Notes: generated by a model from the sequence alone, not told the origin. A stretch of DNA of 63,615 nt, filler included, from Hyphochytrium catenoides (GCA_900088475.1; 8 parts of 8 records of this genome joined end to end with filler, not necessarily neighbours in it); one strand, 5' to 3'; shown: positions 51,036-63,615, counted from the whole stretch's first letter. Program-made: numbers and translations.

Positions 51036-54000
51036 CAAGGAGGACCCATACGTTCCTCGAAAAGGCAGGAAACTAGTCGCACTCTGGCTGGAAAGTGTCA
51101 TTCGAGAATATGATCTGCAGAAGGTAGTAACTAGTGATGAGGATGATGATCAAGCTCAAGACTCCGGTGATGACCCTGCTGAGGAAAGAGAGGTGGACAA
51201 GGACAGCTCAATGGATGACGCTCCTTCTTCGATGACCTCCTCGGCGATCATAGAGGAGACGGAAGCAATCCTGGCTAAGAGAAGGAGGTGGGGCGAAAGG
51301 AAAGAGGAGGAGGAGAAGAAGAAACACTAATTAAGCAGCAGCTGATGGTTTCCCCAGCAATGGTCGACCGTCCGTCGTCAGTAGGAAGGATGGCAAGCTG
51401 TTTGCTTTTTGATAAACACAAGATCTCAATAAAGCAGACTTCTACTTATCAAAAAGCTTTTCCCGCCTCTCGTTGTGATGGACAACATGGACAACATTAT
51501 TGGAGACGCACATCCTGCCGAAATTTTTTATGGCATGCTGCTAGGTACTTCTCCTGCTGATGAAGACCTCATCAGCCTGATAGTCTTTCCATTTTTCCTG
51601 CTGGTGCTTCATTCCCTCCTCTGCGATCTTCAACGGTACAACTTTCTATTCATGCTCTCGCTGCTCCATCAGCACCCACAACTAGCGCTACTTACTGTCT
51701 AGTAGTAGCATCAGTGCATCAGCGACGGCGGAGAAAGACCGCCGACCCACGCTATGACGCTATGAAGAAGGAGAATAAAAGCTATGATTGGCTGCAGCAA
51801 AGCATTTTTCAATTTTGAAATCATCCAATCGCAGCGTTCCAAGACGTCCAGAAACAGAACTCCGCTTTTCACCGATCGCAGAGATTCGTTGCAGAGAATG
51901 TATATTGTCATATGTGGAAATCTCTGTAAAGAGCAGAGATTTCAGTGTACCATGTGAAATGCTCTACCCACGTGTTTTGTGGAGAACATTTGTGTAGAAT
52001 ATAGGACACAAACGAGCAGAAGAGCGATAGCTTCTAGAGTTAAGATGAGCCGAGCTCTTTGCCGACTTGTCAGTGGTGACTTCATTCTGCAATTTGCCAA
52101 GCACCAGAAAAATCAGCTAGCCAACCTGCTAAAGCGTCTTTAGCTAAACGGACCTTCATAACAGCTTTACCGCTGTATTAGCTCTTTGACCTGTCTGTGA
52201 GGTGATCGGCTTAACCGCTGTTCCTCGTAAGTTCCTCTGTTAGCGCGCCGGTTGGTACGTCGTGACCGGACTGCTCTCAACACCTTTATTCCTTCCTAGT
52301 TGCTGGGGGATATGCAGTCCCTTCTTGCTCTGTTCGAGAGCTTCGCAAGGAAGTAGCACCATTAGTAGATGAACTAGCGGCCACAAAAAACGACCTTCGA
52401 GATATGATGATCTGTTTACCTGAAGATTGGATCCCTACCTCGAGCTAATGGGTAGTTCCAAGGATATTAAGTGCTAATGATGTAGAGAGGTGGAACTATT
52501 GGATGTGGGATTGAACTTACAACCGAATGCTTAGGAAAGATTACTAGATGAATAAGGTACTGGTAGCTGAAAGCCTTTCCGAGGTGTACGATGGACAAAG
52601 TGTCCCGGGACGCCGCGCAGCGTACTGTCCTACCACTTCATGAAAATTATGCCCTTACCTAAAAGGTTGGCATCATCAGCAGGTCTCTTGTGCTTCTTGA
52701 TGCCCAGCAAGGAGAAAAAAAGGAAGAGAGAGACAAACAGAACGGAAAGGAAGAAGATATCGCGAAGACTCGCCATATAGGTGCTGCGACAATGCTTTGA
52801 AATATGATGGAGTTAGAGAGGGAACTTGAGCTTTAAGACGATGAATGGCATGAACAAGGAGAAACAGCGGTGACATGAAATGGATGAAAGGTTGAAGAAG
52901 AACAGCAATAGCGACAGATCCGTGAACACGATATTGATTGAACACGGAGCGGAAGGAAGTAGAAGGGTGATCGCAACAGGGAAGATAGAGAGAGCAAGCA
53001 GAAGGGAGGGAGAGGACGAGGAAACAAAAAAGAAAGAAGAGGAGGGAGAACGAAGCAACAGGGGACCAACGGAGAGGATGACATAAAAAATGAGGCTGTA
53101 GAAGAGTGTTACAACTGCGCTAGCGTAGTTGACAGAAGCATATAGAATAAAGTGACCGATAAAGGAAAGATTTACAAACGCACAGTATCATAATAAAATG
53201 GCCGTTGGTCTCCACTTACCATGGCTTTATGGCTTCGTACCAGAATCTCGCTGATCATCCATGATAAAGAAAATGCGCTTCAGGTTCTGAAGCGTGTTCG
53301 GTTGCGGCAGTGGGACCCTTCTCTTGTTTGCCTGGTCGAGTATGTGGTGCCTTTTCCTATCCTCCTCCCTCTCCGATCGTTATCACTGAGGGAACCTATT
53401 TATGGTTCTTCCTTCTCATTATAATGATGGTGAGTGTGAAGGAGAAGAAAACTGAAGAAAAATCAAGACTTCGCAGCTCTTGCCTCTTTTCCTTCTCCGA
53501 GTAGTAGTTACTTCGTCGCTGACTCTAGTGCAAACACATTCTTCTTCTGACAGGTAAGTAACAAAAAAAGAAAACTGCAGTGTGGAGGAGGAGAGCGAGG
53601 GAGTGCTAAAGGATAACGATTATAGAAGGATACTTTAGAGAGGATAGCAAGTAGGGAAAGAGTTAGGTGCCTAAATAGGGAAGATACATACGAACGCGAT
53701 AAGCTTAGCGGTTTATTAGCACTAGAGAGGCGCGGCAAACTCTCTGCCTGTTTCTCACTCTTCGTCCTAGTCCCTGTGACATACCCAGCAAGTCTCTCTG
53801 CTCTGGACGTGTGGTCATGGCTTCATCAAGCCCACACAATCGTATGGCTTCCTGAAAATACCGGTAGGGCCCGGAGGTGGTTTTTTTATAGAGCTGAAAG
53901 GACAGAAGGTATGAATGATGCTGCCATTGAAAGGGTTCACTCTGACGACGTTGAGCTTTACAGTACCTAAAGACTGTCATAACAGCAAACTGCTGCGTAA

Positions 54001-55100
54001 TGTGAAGGTGATCCCACAGAAGGTTCATTTTACCACCAGTTAGAGCGAAGAAGGGTGAGCCGCATAGCCGGTCACCAAACTGCAGGGCGGAGTATTAGAA
54101 TTCTTACCTGATCTTCTTTGTATTCACCATCGCTCCAACATATGAAGCAGATATTGTTCAATATTTTAGGCTACTAGCGAAGAAGCGAAGATGATACCCC
54201 ACGCCATTGGCTACAACCAGCAACTTTAATAACTACAATCTTCCCCGACTCTACAGACCCTAACCCCAACCCAACTAACACTTCTCTGTTGGTGTTACAC
54301 TGTGCTATACCTAGGGCAAAGCTTCCTTAGACGAACATACCAACAAGCGTTTATGGAAAGAAGGGCTCTATAAGTATGTGCTCCTTCTGCCGTTCAGGAC
54401 AGGCCCGTTTGGTCATTTCGCCTCGTTGTGACAGCTTCAGTAACAGAATATTGGTAATTATAGCTTTCCAATAGTCTTTCGCATCTCCGTCTAGCTCTTC
54501 GGATCTATTAATGAGAATGCCTCCGCATTCTTGGAGAAGAATACCCGTAATGTCAACAGGCGAAGTTGGAACGGCATTGGTGAGTAGCACGAGAAAACAG
54601 CTGTGGCCAGGATAATCCCAACCAAACGTCTTATGGGCAATGCAAGGAGTGGCAGCTGGTAGGCAAGAGAGGAAATCACATCAGTGAGTCAATGCTCCAG
54701 GGTTTGGTGATTATTAGGCTTCTCCACCAATACTTTCCCCGGAGGTGACATGAAAGACATCTCCACAGTAGCCAGAGGTAGTAAGTCAAGGACGGGATCT
54801 TGTGGAGAACGAATAGTACCAGACAGATTATCACTGGTTTTGCCTCTCTCAGATGGCAGCTAAAAAGTCTGGAAATCCAGCTTCGGCTGGTTCTGGGGAT
54901 ACCAGGTCCTCATCATTCCTTCTTCTTCAGTATTGTGCCCTGCCCGTTGATGCTGCATCAAGGTAGGATGGCGTGACGGTGACTATAGCAAATGACGTAC
55001 TTTGCCTGTGCGCTCAGTCACGATCGATAAGAGGACATAGTACCGACTCATTACCAGCTCCCTTCCTAGTATCCTGTTTTCTTTTCTGTCCTAAATATAT

Positions 55101-55209
55101 AGAGGAAGATTGTGAGCTGGTTTAGCAAAGTCTTCGCCTCGGCTAGCAGGCTTTGGATAAAAAGAGGAGAATTGTGAGCTGATTTAGCAAAGTCTTCGCT
55201 TCGGCTAGC
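55101..55209. repeat. 47-bp direct repeat x2 (period 62 bp)
   Basis: agagg...ttgtgagctg(g/a)tttagcaaagtcttcgc(c/t)tcggctagc at 55101 and 55163. Confidence 0.85.
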
Positions 55210-56523
55210 CAGACCTCTTTGGAAACCAAACCTTCCGCAAAGAAAGACTTCTAAGGTGGTTCTAAGTCTTTCTTGTCAACCGAACTTTTTATGAACCAAG
55301 TAACTTTATTAGCAGGGGATTACAATCTCAAGCCGGGAGAGGGAGAGCAATAGGGACTATAGCTTCATCGATGAAAAGAAGAGAACGAAGGAAGCAGCCG
55401 AAGACGAGTGAGGAGATAGAATAAGAGATAATGAGCCGCATCTCCGTCGTAAGAGCTAAATAGGCACTCGGTGGCCCATGGTACTCAGGACTACCCGTTC
55501 TCCTCGATACTTTAGATGGAGCTACCTTCACCGCTCTCGCCCTGTTCTCTCTACCCGGTCGCAGCGCTTATTACAAGAGGTAAAGCGCGGCCCCAGCCGT
55601 CGGCCAACGATAAGAAGAAGAAGTCGATTACAAAGATAATGAGGAAGAAAAAGCGAATAAAAGAGGGGGCGACCCAGTTCTTGAGAGAACGTACTCAAAA
55701 GAGATTGCTGAAGTTAGCCAAGTCAGACAGATTGCTGAAAGAGGGACGTGCGGTGAAAAACAGATTGAAAAACTACGTACCGCGACCCGAGGCACGTAGG
55801 TGGGAACATGAGGAAAAGAAAGGGTTGCGACAAAGACCACGATCAGGAGATTGATAATAATGACAATGCTGCTTAGGGACAAGGGCTTCACGGTAGGTGT
55901 TTGGGAAATCTTGAAGTAAGAGACAGAGCAGACGGAGGAAGCGATGGAAACAAGAGGTAGGATATTCAGAGGGATAACACCAAGAGAAGAACGAAACATA
56001 AGAACGGAGAAGTGATAGGAGAGCCGTAGCAGAGGATACAGGCGGAATGATACCAAAAAGTAAAAGATGGCTACGAAACGGTAAGGCCAGGAGTAAGGAA
56101 AAAGTAAAGTGAGAAAAAGATCGAATAAAGTGAAGAAAACAGAACAAGGGAGAAACAGTTAGAGGAGCATTAGCAGAGGAAAGAGGTGAATGACACGGAA
56201 GGCAACAGGTACAAGAAGACGATAATGACCGGTGCAGGAAGGGAATGGAGAGTGGATCACATAAAAGCAGGTGGCAAAGACAAAAGCGAGAAAGGGTTAG
56301 GGTTAGGTGATTAACTTCGACGGAGGGACGACCGGACAGAAGGAAGAGCAAGCAAAGAGGAGAGCCTCATACTATGCTCGGCACAATTGATTCACTGTTT
56401 CACCAACGTCGCCTAATCAGCTTCCGCGACCCGTGAAACCCTCGGCCAGCGAATGATTGAGCTTCGGAAAGGCAAGGGTCCCCGTAAACAAAACATAGGC
56501 TTAGGCTTTGGCCCCTATAGATT

Positions 56524-56780
56524 ACAGGACATCACTGATGCACGGCAGAGCCTGGGCTCAAACTCTCTCTCCCAGCGCTTCCTCATAGGGAAGGTAGACT
56601 CTCTCTTACCTCCTCTTTCTGGGGATCGCCAAGAAGGAGCTTGGAGCTTAGTGTCAGGCCTAGACTTGACCGCCTACAAACCACAGGACATCACGAATGG
56701 GCGGAAGAGGCTGGGCCAAAACTCTCTCCCAGCGCTTCTCACAGGGAAGGGAGACTCTCCCTTACTTCCTCTTTTTGGGG
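56524..56780. repeat. ~100-bp diverged direct repeat x2 (period 159 bp)
   Basis: acaggacatcac...ctctctcccagcgctt...gggaagg..gactctc.cttac.tcctcttt.tgggg at 56524 and 56683. Confidence 0.8.
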
Positions 56781-57439
56781 TCAGCGCCATGCGAGGTGTA
56801 CTGTAATGGTCTCTNNNNNNNNNNNNNNNNNNNNNNNNNNNNNNNNNNNNNNNNNNNNNNNNNNNNNNNNNNNNNNNNNNNNNNNNNNNNNNNNNNNNNN
56901 NNNNNNNNNNNNNNNNNNNNNNNNNNNNNNNNNNNNNNNNTACGAAGTACAAAATACATTGGGTTCTGCTCGTTTTCTGGTGTCCCAGTCCCTCCCCGAC
57001 GGCAGTTTGCGTTATCAGTTGTATCTCCGTAAGCTTTCCATCGTACCCAAAAAATTGAAGGCTACGAAGCTATCATGGGTGAATAGCACCAACCCTAAGC
57101 GTACGGTTACATACCGTTCTGCTAAGAAAGACGGAGGGGAGGCAGTCCGCCATGGTCCGGCCATGGTTTCAATTGCTTAGGACGCTGGTTCCCTTGCCCG
57201 CTAGAACTCCGCCTCTCCACGACATCGTCCTACTGCTTATTAGGTGTATCTTCGTAAGCTTTCTTCTCTTCCTCGTACATTCGTACTTCTTTGATTGTAC
57301 AAAGAACTACAGTACTCCTCCATCGTACCCAAAAGTTGAAGGCTAGGAAGCGATCATGGGTGAATAACAGCTCCCAAGCTCCAAAAAATTGGCTACCACC
57401 ACATGAGCGCAATTCCAGCTCTTTATACTGCGTCCCAAC

Positions 57440-58240
57440 CATTCCTTGCCTACATGTAACCATACCACTACGTATGTCTGTTTGTTTCTGGGTTGCTCAA
57501 AAGCCCAAGGAGGGAAGGCCAGCTTTTTGTACTGGTCCACAAAGTTTTCCTCCTTCTCCTTCTTCAGCTAGGGCTGTAGCCGTACCACCACGGACATCGG
57601 TGTGTTCCGGGTCACTCCAGTGCCCAAAAAGGGAAGGCTTGCTTTTTGAACTGCCTTCCCCATCCCCCCAAGTTCCATCCTTCTCCATCTTCAGCTAGGG
57701 ACTGTAGCCGTACGACGACGTACACCTGTGCGTTCCAGGTCACTCCGGGGCCCAAAAAGGGAAGGCTAGCTCCTTGAACTGCTTCCGGAGGTTCCTCGTT
57801 CTCCCTCATTAGCTAGTACCCGTACCACCACGTACACCTGTGTGTTCCGGGTCACTCCAGTGCCCAAAAGGGAAGGCTAGCTTATTGGACTACTTCCCCC
57901 CAGGTTCCCTCCTTCTCCGTCTTTAGCTAGGACAAACTGTAGCCGTACCACCACGTACATCGGTGTGTTCAGGGTCACTCCAGGGCCAAAAAGGGAAGGC
58001 TAGCTCTTCGGACTACTTCCCCCCAGTTCCCTCCTTCTCCGTCTTTAACTAGGACTGGAGCCGTACCACCATGCACAGCTGTGTGTTCCGGGTCACTCCA
58101 GTCCCGAAGTAAGGAAAGCCCAAGTTTTCTAATGCTTCCCAGGTGGGGTTCTTTCTCAGTCTTAGAAGTACCTTATCCATGAAGTACGTCTGTTTGTTCC
58201 TGCTGGTTACTCCGAATCCTAGAAGAGGAAGGACGTTTGC
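57440..58240. repeat. Tandem array of ~7 diverged ~120-bp units
   Basis: Core gtcactcc at 57611, 57739, 57851, 57974 and 58092, with degenerate copies near 57492 and 58206; shared gccgtaccaccac...gtgttccgggtcactccag..cccaaaa.gggaaggcta. Confidence 0.9.
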
Positions 58241-58935
58241 CTCTGAACAGCTGCTGGTACAAGCAGCACTGACTCCTCCCAGAGATGCGCTCTTCTTCTC
58301 TTCCCCCCTCCGCGTCCTCCTCTTCTTAGTTGGGTTGATTTCTTTCCCCTCCCTTTTCATGGTCATTGAGTTTACATTTAGCACTAACAACGAGATCTTC
58401 AGGCATTTACATCGTCTATTTTGGACAACGAGGATTCCGCATCGTGTTGGCGATGAAGACCTCCTCTTCTTCTACTGTTTGTACAGTATCGGACCTCCTC
58501 TTCTTTTACTGTTTGTACAGTGAGTATCCTGTCCTTAGATCAAACTTTTACATTGAAGGCGATGGTCAATCTTTCTTTGGAGTGCGCGCCAGTTCGGTAC
58601 CATCTCTTTGTCTCGCACCGTAGGTCTGGTATTTGGGATCTTCCACCACTCTCTCTTCTCAGTTGTCAGTCGCACTTGAGTACCGAAAGTCCGCCGACGC
58701 GTTTTTGCTGCGAGAAAGAGGCCCACATACACACATCATCAAAGAGCTAGAAGCTTGGCTTTATCGACGACGAGAGTAAGGCGATCGCCACCAAAGCTTT
58801 TCTTCTGGTGGGAAGTAGAGGAAGAAGCGTCGTTGTACTACTAAAATCGACTAACAAGCTCATGTCCTCCCCTTTCCAGAAAGCTACGTAGGTGGCCATT
58901 GATGCCTCGCTAGACCCTATAATTGGTCTGCTTAG

Positions 58936-59804
58936 ATGGAAACCCAACAACCTGCGTCCCCTGCTCGGGATAGCCCAGCAGGGTTGTCCACATTTTCCGT
59001 GGGACAACAACCTTCAACTTCATCTCGGCCGTCCTCCTCGCCTACAACAGTACCATCACCAGTAACGGCTACGGCCCCTGAAAGAGGTGATGAGAATGCA
59101 GCAAGCAATTTATCAGCAGCCTTGGATGGCACTGTAGCCTCTGCTGCTATTGCTCCAGCTCCTGCTCCAGCTACCCCTACTACCTTACTTGATTCAACGT
59201 CCACCACAACACCAAACGTAGCAGGACACGATCCGCACTTGAAGGCACCGCTAGGTGTTTGCATCGAGAAGCGCAAAAAAGACGCACCATAAACAAGCGC
59301 ATCAGAAAAGTACCTTTGTAAAGTACCCTCGTCTCGGGACATCAGAGGAGGATCATGTCGGCGAGAAGGGTCAATACATCATGAGGAATCCACAAACTGG
59401 GATGTTTCACTGCCTTCGGTGCTCGGCGGCATATCCCATGGGCGGCAGTCTTCAACGTCATGCTCAAGCCCAGAACTGCCTGACAAAGGTAGCCACTACT
59501 GGTGGAAATGAAGAAGATGGGACTCCTACAGGCTCCTTCCAGCGTACAAGTGGGCTTAGGGTTACTGCTGCTGCGAGCTCGGCAGCTTTACAAGGTGCTG
59601 TGCATACTTCCTCGTCGGCAAGGCATGTATCTAAGGTGTCTGGCTCTAACATCAACGTGGAGCGGTCCACAGGAGGTGATGGAGTATCAAACTCGTCGGC
59701 TGTGGAAGGCGAAGAAGGGAGAACAATCATTGTCGAAAACCTCACGTTTATTTTCAACCCTAACAGTATTGTTGACCTCTGCTTGGGTCAGGAGCGCCCG
59801 AACG
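58936..59804 (+). CDS. S/T/P-rich protein with one C2H2/C2HC-type zinc finger (frame change near 59260; truncated)
   Basis: FHCLRCSAAYPMGGSLQRHAQAQNC in ORF 59255-59804, preceded by low-complexity ORF 58936-59292. Confidence 0.4.
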
Positions 59805-59904
59805 NNNNNNNNNNNNNNNNNNNNNNNNNNNNNNNNNNNNNNNNNNNNTTAATTAATTAANNNNNNNNNNNNNNNNNNNNNNNNNNNNNNNNNNNNNNNN
59901 NNNN

Positions 59905-61215
59905 ATTGTCCTCAAAGCGCCGGAAGAAGTCGAATAACAGAGGGTGGCGCATCCTCTGGTGGACAACGTAAGGCTTAGATATGATGGAAGGTGATCTAGA
60001 TACACGTCGAAGGTAGCTCTAAAGAAGGAGTCATTTTGAAGGCCCTAGCTTGTAACCAAAACTTGGCATTATTGGCGGGGACGTCACGAGAGAGAAAAAC
60101 GTAGAGTGAACCCACTCTCAAGAGCAAAGCTCTGTGCACATTCTCATCGATTGAAAGCTTGGGTCTGCAATTCTCACCTTTGGCTTTGGGTCCCGTGAGA
60201 GGTTCTCCTGAGAACAGTACCTAATACGAGTAGAGCAACAAGTCCCTCAGGCAACGTCCCCACTTTCGGGTACACTTCTCTCGAGTGCTGGCTTACACCT
60301 GATCGCAAAGTATCCTACGTTGTGTCGATCCTCACCTTAAGCTTTCGTCCTCACATAGGGTATAATAGAAGGGCTGCCGTCTACCGTGCCTAAGCTGGGA
60401 ATCGACTTTGTTTACTCGTATCCACTCCTCACTCTCTTTGCATTGGGGGTCCCAAGCCACAACCACGACTTGCCCATAATAGCGGTGGTTCAGCACCTCG
60501 CCCACGCAGTATTCAACTTCAGGCGTCCGCGCCTACAAAAAGAAGGAGACATCGACCAGCAAGAGACGGAACCATGTCCTTAGTGATCCTTGGTGTTCTA
60601 GCGAGCTCTGGGGCAGGCTGCAATATAAGAAGACCATAATGCCAATGGTGATACAACAAGACAGAGGAAAGTGAGATTGTAGAAGGTAAACGCTCACCAC
60701 AGGCTCCATAGCGCCACTTTCCTCTACATGCTTTAGGGTTGCGATATGCTGAGTACTTCGTCGCAGCAGCCGGAACCCTAGTGAACGACGAGCGAAGAGA
60801 ACAGAGCGTTAAGGCCCCGTCTCTCACTTTAGTCGCTGGGTGTGAAGTTTGCCCTACCAAGGTCAATTTGATCGTACTCTGTGTCTATTAGAGGTGCCTC
60901 AAAGAACGGACGCACAGCAGAGAATGTTTGAAATATGCCTTCGCACTTTCGAAAACGAGGCCGTTTGGCACTCTTCTTAAGTCCTAGCTTCATCATTCTC
61001 TTCATTTTCACTTCGGCCACGGCAACTTCATAGAACTCATCCCTCAGCGCCGCCGATAGGACTGCTTTCTCAATGCTGTGACCGGCTCTAAAAAGCTTCT
61101 CAACATCCCGACAACAGCGGAGCAGGTTCCTGCAGCACCGAAGAGTCAAACGTAAAGTGGATCTGTCAACATAATAACCCTCAACGTACCGGTATAGGAC
61201 GCGTTCCAAGCTCAT
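59905..61215 (-). CDS. LYR-like N-terminus plus YccV/HspQ (hemimethylated-DNA-binding-like) domain protein; multi-exon, 3' truncated
   Basis: Spliced MSLERVLYR|NLLR...IDLG|FRLLR...EYCVGEVLNHRYYGQVVVVAWDPQCKESEEWI...GRRQPFYYTL...R|YCSQENL...HPLLFDFFRRF matches the YccV consensus. Confidence 0.8.
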
Positions 61216-62083
61216 CTTATGTACAGACACACCTTCGTATTACCGGCTCTGAAGCACAGGCCCAAGTCACATGCTATACTCCTACAATATCGCAGCCGAC
61301 CTTAATGAACGTAGGCGCTCAAAGGGGTAGGAACAGTGCCTTAGGTGGTAGAAGCTTTTCTTTGGCCTTTCAGGAGCAGTCCAGTGGCTGATCTTCATCG
61401 AGGTCTATGAGCTGTCAGTGCCGAGACCAAGACGAAGGAGCGGATCATCTCTACGAGGACCAAATCTTCATAGTTTTGCAGCATAATTATTGGCGCTCAT
61501 CGCTCATCAATAAAGGCAACAACAAAAGGACAGAAGAAAAAACTCAATAACTGAATGACCAGAAAGAACTAGATCACATAATTAGGCTGATACGATAACT
61601 AGGGGCTCCTTCAGTCCTCCCCCAGGACCGAGTAGAGGGATAGTTCTGAGGAGTTGTCCTCTGCCACGTGGAACCGCAGGCATTGCGGCCTCTCTTGTAC
61701 ATGGACATTCGCACCAAGTCAGGAGGTCTATTCTTGGGTAAGTTGTGGCATATTCCTTCTGTGTAAGAGGGATAAGGGGGAATATCTTTCGGCAATTGAG
61801 GTTTCAAGACATCATCAGAAGCCTGGGAATCATCCTTGGGCCTGTGAAGGTTTTACTCCGTATAACATTAAAGTCTTTGATCTGAAGACGGCAGAGTTAA
61901 TAAATCTCTGTCCTCTGCAGGTCCTATTTTGAAGCTTGCTGCCTCCGGCCGGACTGCCTCTCAGAGAGATCACATTGAAAACANNNNNNNNNNNNNNNNN
62001 NNNNNNNNNNNNNNNNNNNNNNNNNNNTTAATTAATTAANNNNNNNNNNNNNNNNNNNNNNNNNNNNNNNNNNNNNNNNNNNN

Positions 62084-62287
62084 GTTGGCCATCAGCGAAC
62101 AAAACACATAGAGGTTCGATGTCACTTTGTTCGCCACAAGGTGGAAGGAGGGGAAGTAAAAATTACTCACTTGGGGACAGAAGCGATGATAGCGGATGTG
62201 CTAACGAAGGCTCTTCCTAGAGACAAGCACGCGCGGTTTGCCCAAGCGTTTTCGGGAGACTTCGCCTCCTACTCTAGCGCAACATAG
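62084..62287 (+). mobile_element. Ty1/Copia pol C-terminus (RNase H)
   Basis: HQRTKHIEVRCHFVR...MIADVLTKAL, ending in TAG at 62287. Confidence 0.93.
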
Positions 62288-62290
62288 TCT

Positions 62291-62700
62291 GAACGAGTGG
62301 GAGTGTTACGAGAGTGAGCGTTACGACTATATGGCAGTGGTAGGAGTTTGTGGTGCTGAACTCATTGCAGCAGCATCTCTCGGGAAATTGTGGCATCGTA
62401 GCATCATCTCTTGGGAACCTGTGGCTGCAAGCACATGGAGACGATAAAGGAACTGGCTTTCTGCTGCTTGGCGGATGTGGAGGATAGGAGATAGGTTGTC
62501 TTGGTTTTCTATCTTGTACTCCTCCTCCCTCCTTGTCTCTCTCTAGCTATGGAAGGGCTTCTTAGAGACTCAGAGGAGCTCACCGTGTGAGTTGAGATAG
62601 GCTTATTGGTGATGTAGAAGATGGCACTTGTTGGTGAACCGTCGAGATGTAGCTAGAGTTATCAGTTACGAGCACTAGCTCACAAACTAATCATTCATCA
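62291..62700 (+). mobile_element. Copia polypurine tract and probable 3' LTR (62304 TG ... CA ~62700)
   Basis: Purine-rich GAACGAGTGGGAG directly before TGTTACG. The right boundary is inferred from TTCATCA just before unrelated microsatellite sequence. Confidence 0.6.
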
Positions 62701-62891
62701 AGTTCCAGAAGAAAAGCACTCAGCTCAATTTACTCTCTCTCTTCTAGCTGTCGTCCTTGCACTGAAAGTTGTCCTCGCTCTCCCGATAGTCTATCCTTTT
62801 TTCTCTCCTTCTCTCTCTCTTCTTTCTCTCTCTTTCTCTCTCTTCTTTCTTTTTTGTGTCTCGGCGTGAGAAAAGAGAGAGCGAGAGAGAG

Positions 62892-62925
<34 letters not shown>

Positions 62926-63057
62926 TGAGGCAGAGGGAGCAAGAGATACTTGCTTAATGACAGAATAGCGGGAAAGACAAGCAACAGTGGCGGAGAGAGA
63001 AGGGAGAGAGAAGTGTCTGGAAACGGAGAAGGGATACGAGGTAGCGCATACGAGAGA

Positions 63058-63088
<31 letters not shown>

Positions 63089-63615
63089 AGGGAGAGAAAA
63101 GAGAAAGAGAGCGTGAGGGACTAAGAGAGGAGACGAAGATGGCGTTTCTCCGGATCGACTTTCTCAACATAGAAGAAAAAGAGTGCTGAAGATCGCTGAA
63201 TCTCTCTCTCTCTCTTTCCTCTACCTAGTGCGGGAGGAGAGAGACACTTGCTGTGTCTTTCTTATTCCTCAATGCACTCTTCCTCTCTTCACTCTCTAGA
63301 AGAGTAAGATAAAGAGAAGAGAATATGGAAGATAAGCAGGAAAAATTGCAAAGGGATTGACAGCCTTTCCTTTTTCCAAAAAGATTCTTGTCTTCAGCAG
63401 TACACCCCTCTCTTTCTCACTGTCTCTCTCTCTCTCTCTCTCTGTGTCTCTCTCTCTCTCCTATGTTCTCTCTCTCTCTCTGTGTTTCCCTCTCTCTCCT
63501 TTTCCCGTTTGTCTCTTTTTCTCTCTCCCCTTATCAATCTCTCAAATCAAAACGTATCATCTACGGCTATATGAGGAGGAGTACTGCCTCTCTCTCTCAT
63601 ATCTCCGAGAGGGAG

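Noticed and set aside
56292-56307. Telomere-like AGGGTTAGGGTTAGG (and a CCCTAA-like run near 54257)
   Set aside because: Only about 2 units; too short to call interstitial telomere.
57440-58240. 120-bp array as 5S rRNA genes or a CRISPR-like array
   Set aside because: Only the first ~25 nt resemble 5S (gccgtaccacc); there are no A/C boxes and no terminal helix. Units are homologous along their whole length, with no unique spacers and no cas genes.

Overview
Eukaryotic draft-genome window, probably from a flagellated protist (stramenopile-like, inferred from the gene families; not certain). It is not one locus: seven identical 100-bp linkers (44 N + TTAATTAATTAA + 44 N) join eight unrelated contigs. 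Most short predicted ORFs are translations of (CT)n/(GA)n microsatellites, so genes were rebuilt by splicing by eye. Host genes: a multi-pass membrane protein, a 12-Cys GPI-type surface protein, a secreted PAN/Apple protein (partial), a tandem tRNA-Ile(AAT) cluster, DASH/Dam1 subunit Dad1, a patatin-like phospholipase, a UEV (inactive E2-fold) multidomain protein, Sec66, a ~12-kb EF-hand + EML5/6-like WD40 gene, an orphan coiled-coil ORF, TBCE, a TTLL 3' end, and an LYR-motif + YccV/HspQ protein. Mobile DNA: a decayed hAT transposase carrying a foldback of its own coding sequence, a YqaJ-type nuclease relic, a MULE/NOF-like DDE transposase, a Copia RNase H + PPT + LTR, and a ~120-bp tandem array. 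Best leads: (1) the hAT foldback, a possible Mu-killer-like hairpin/siRNA locus; (2) introns ordered as 5' GA-repeat then 3' CT-repeat, which could base-pair to bridge splice sites.
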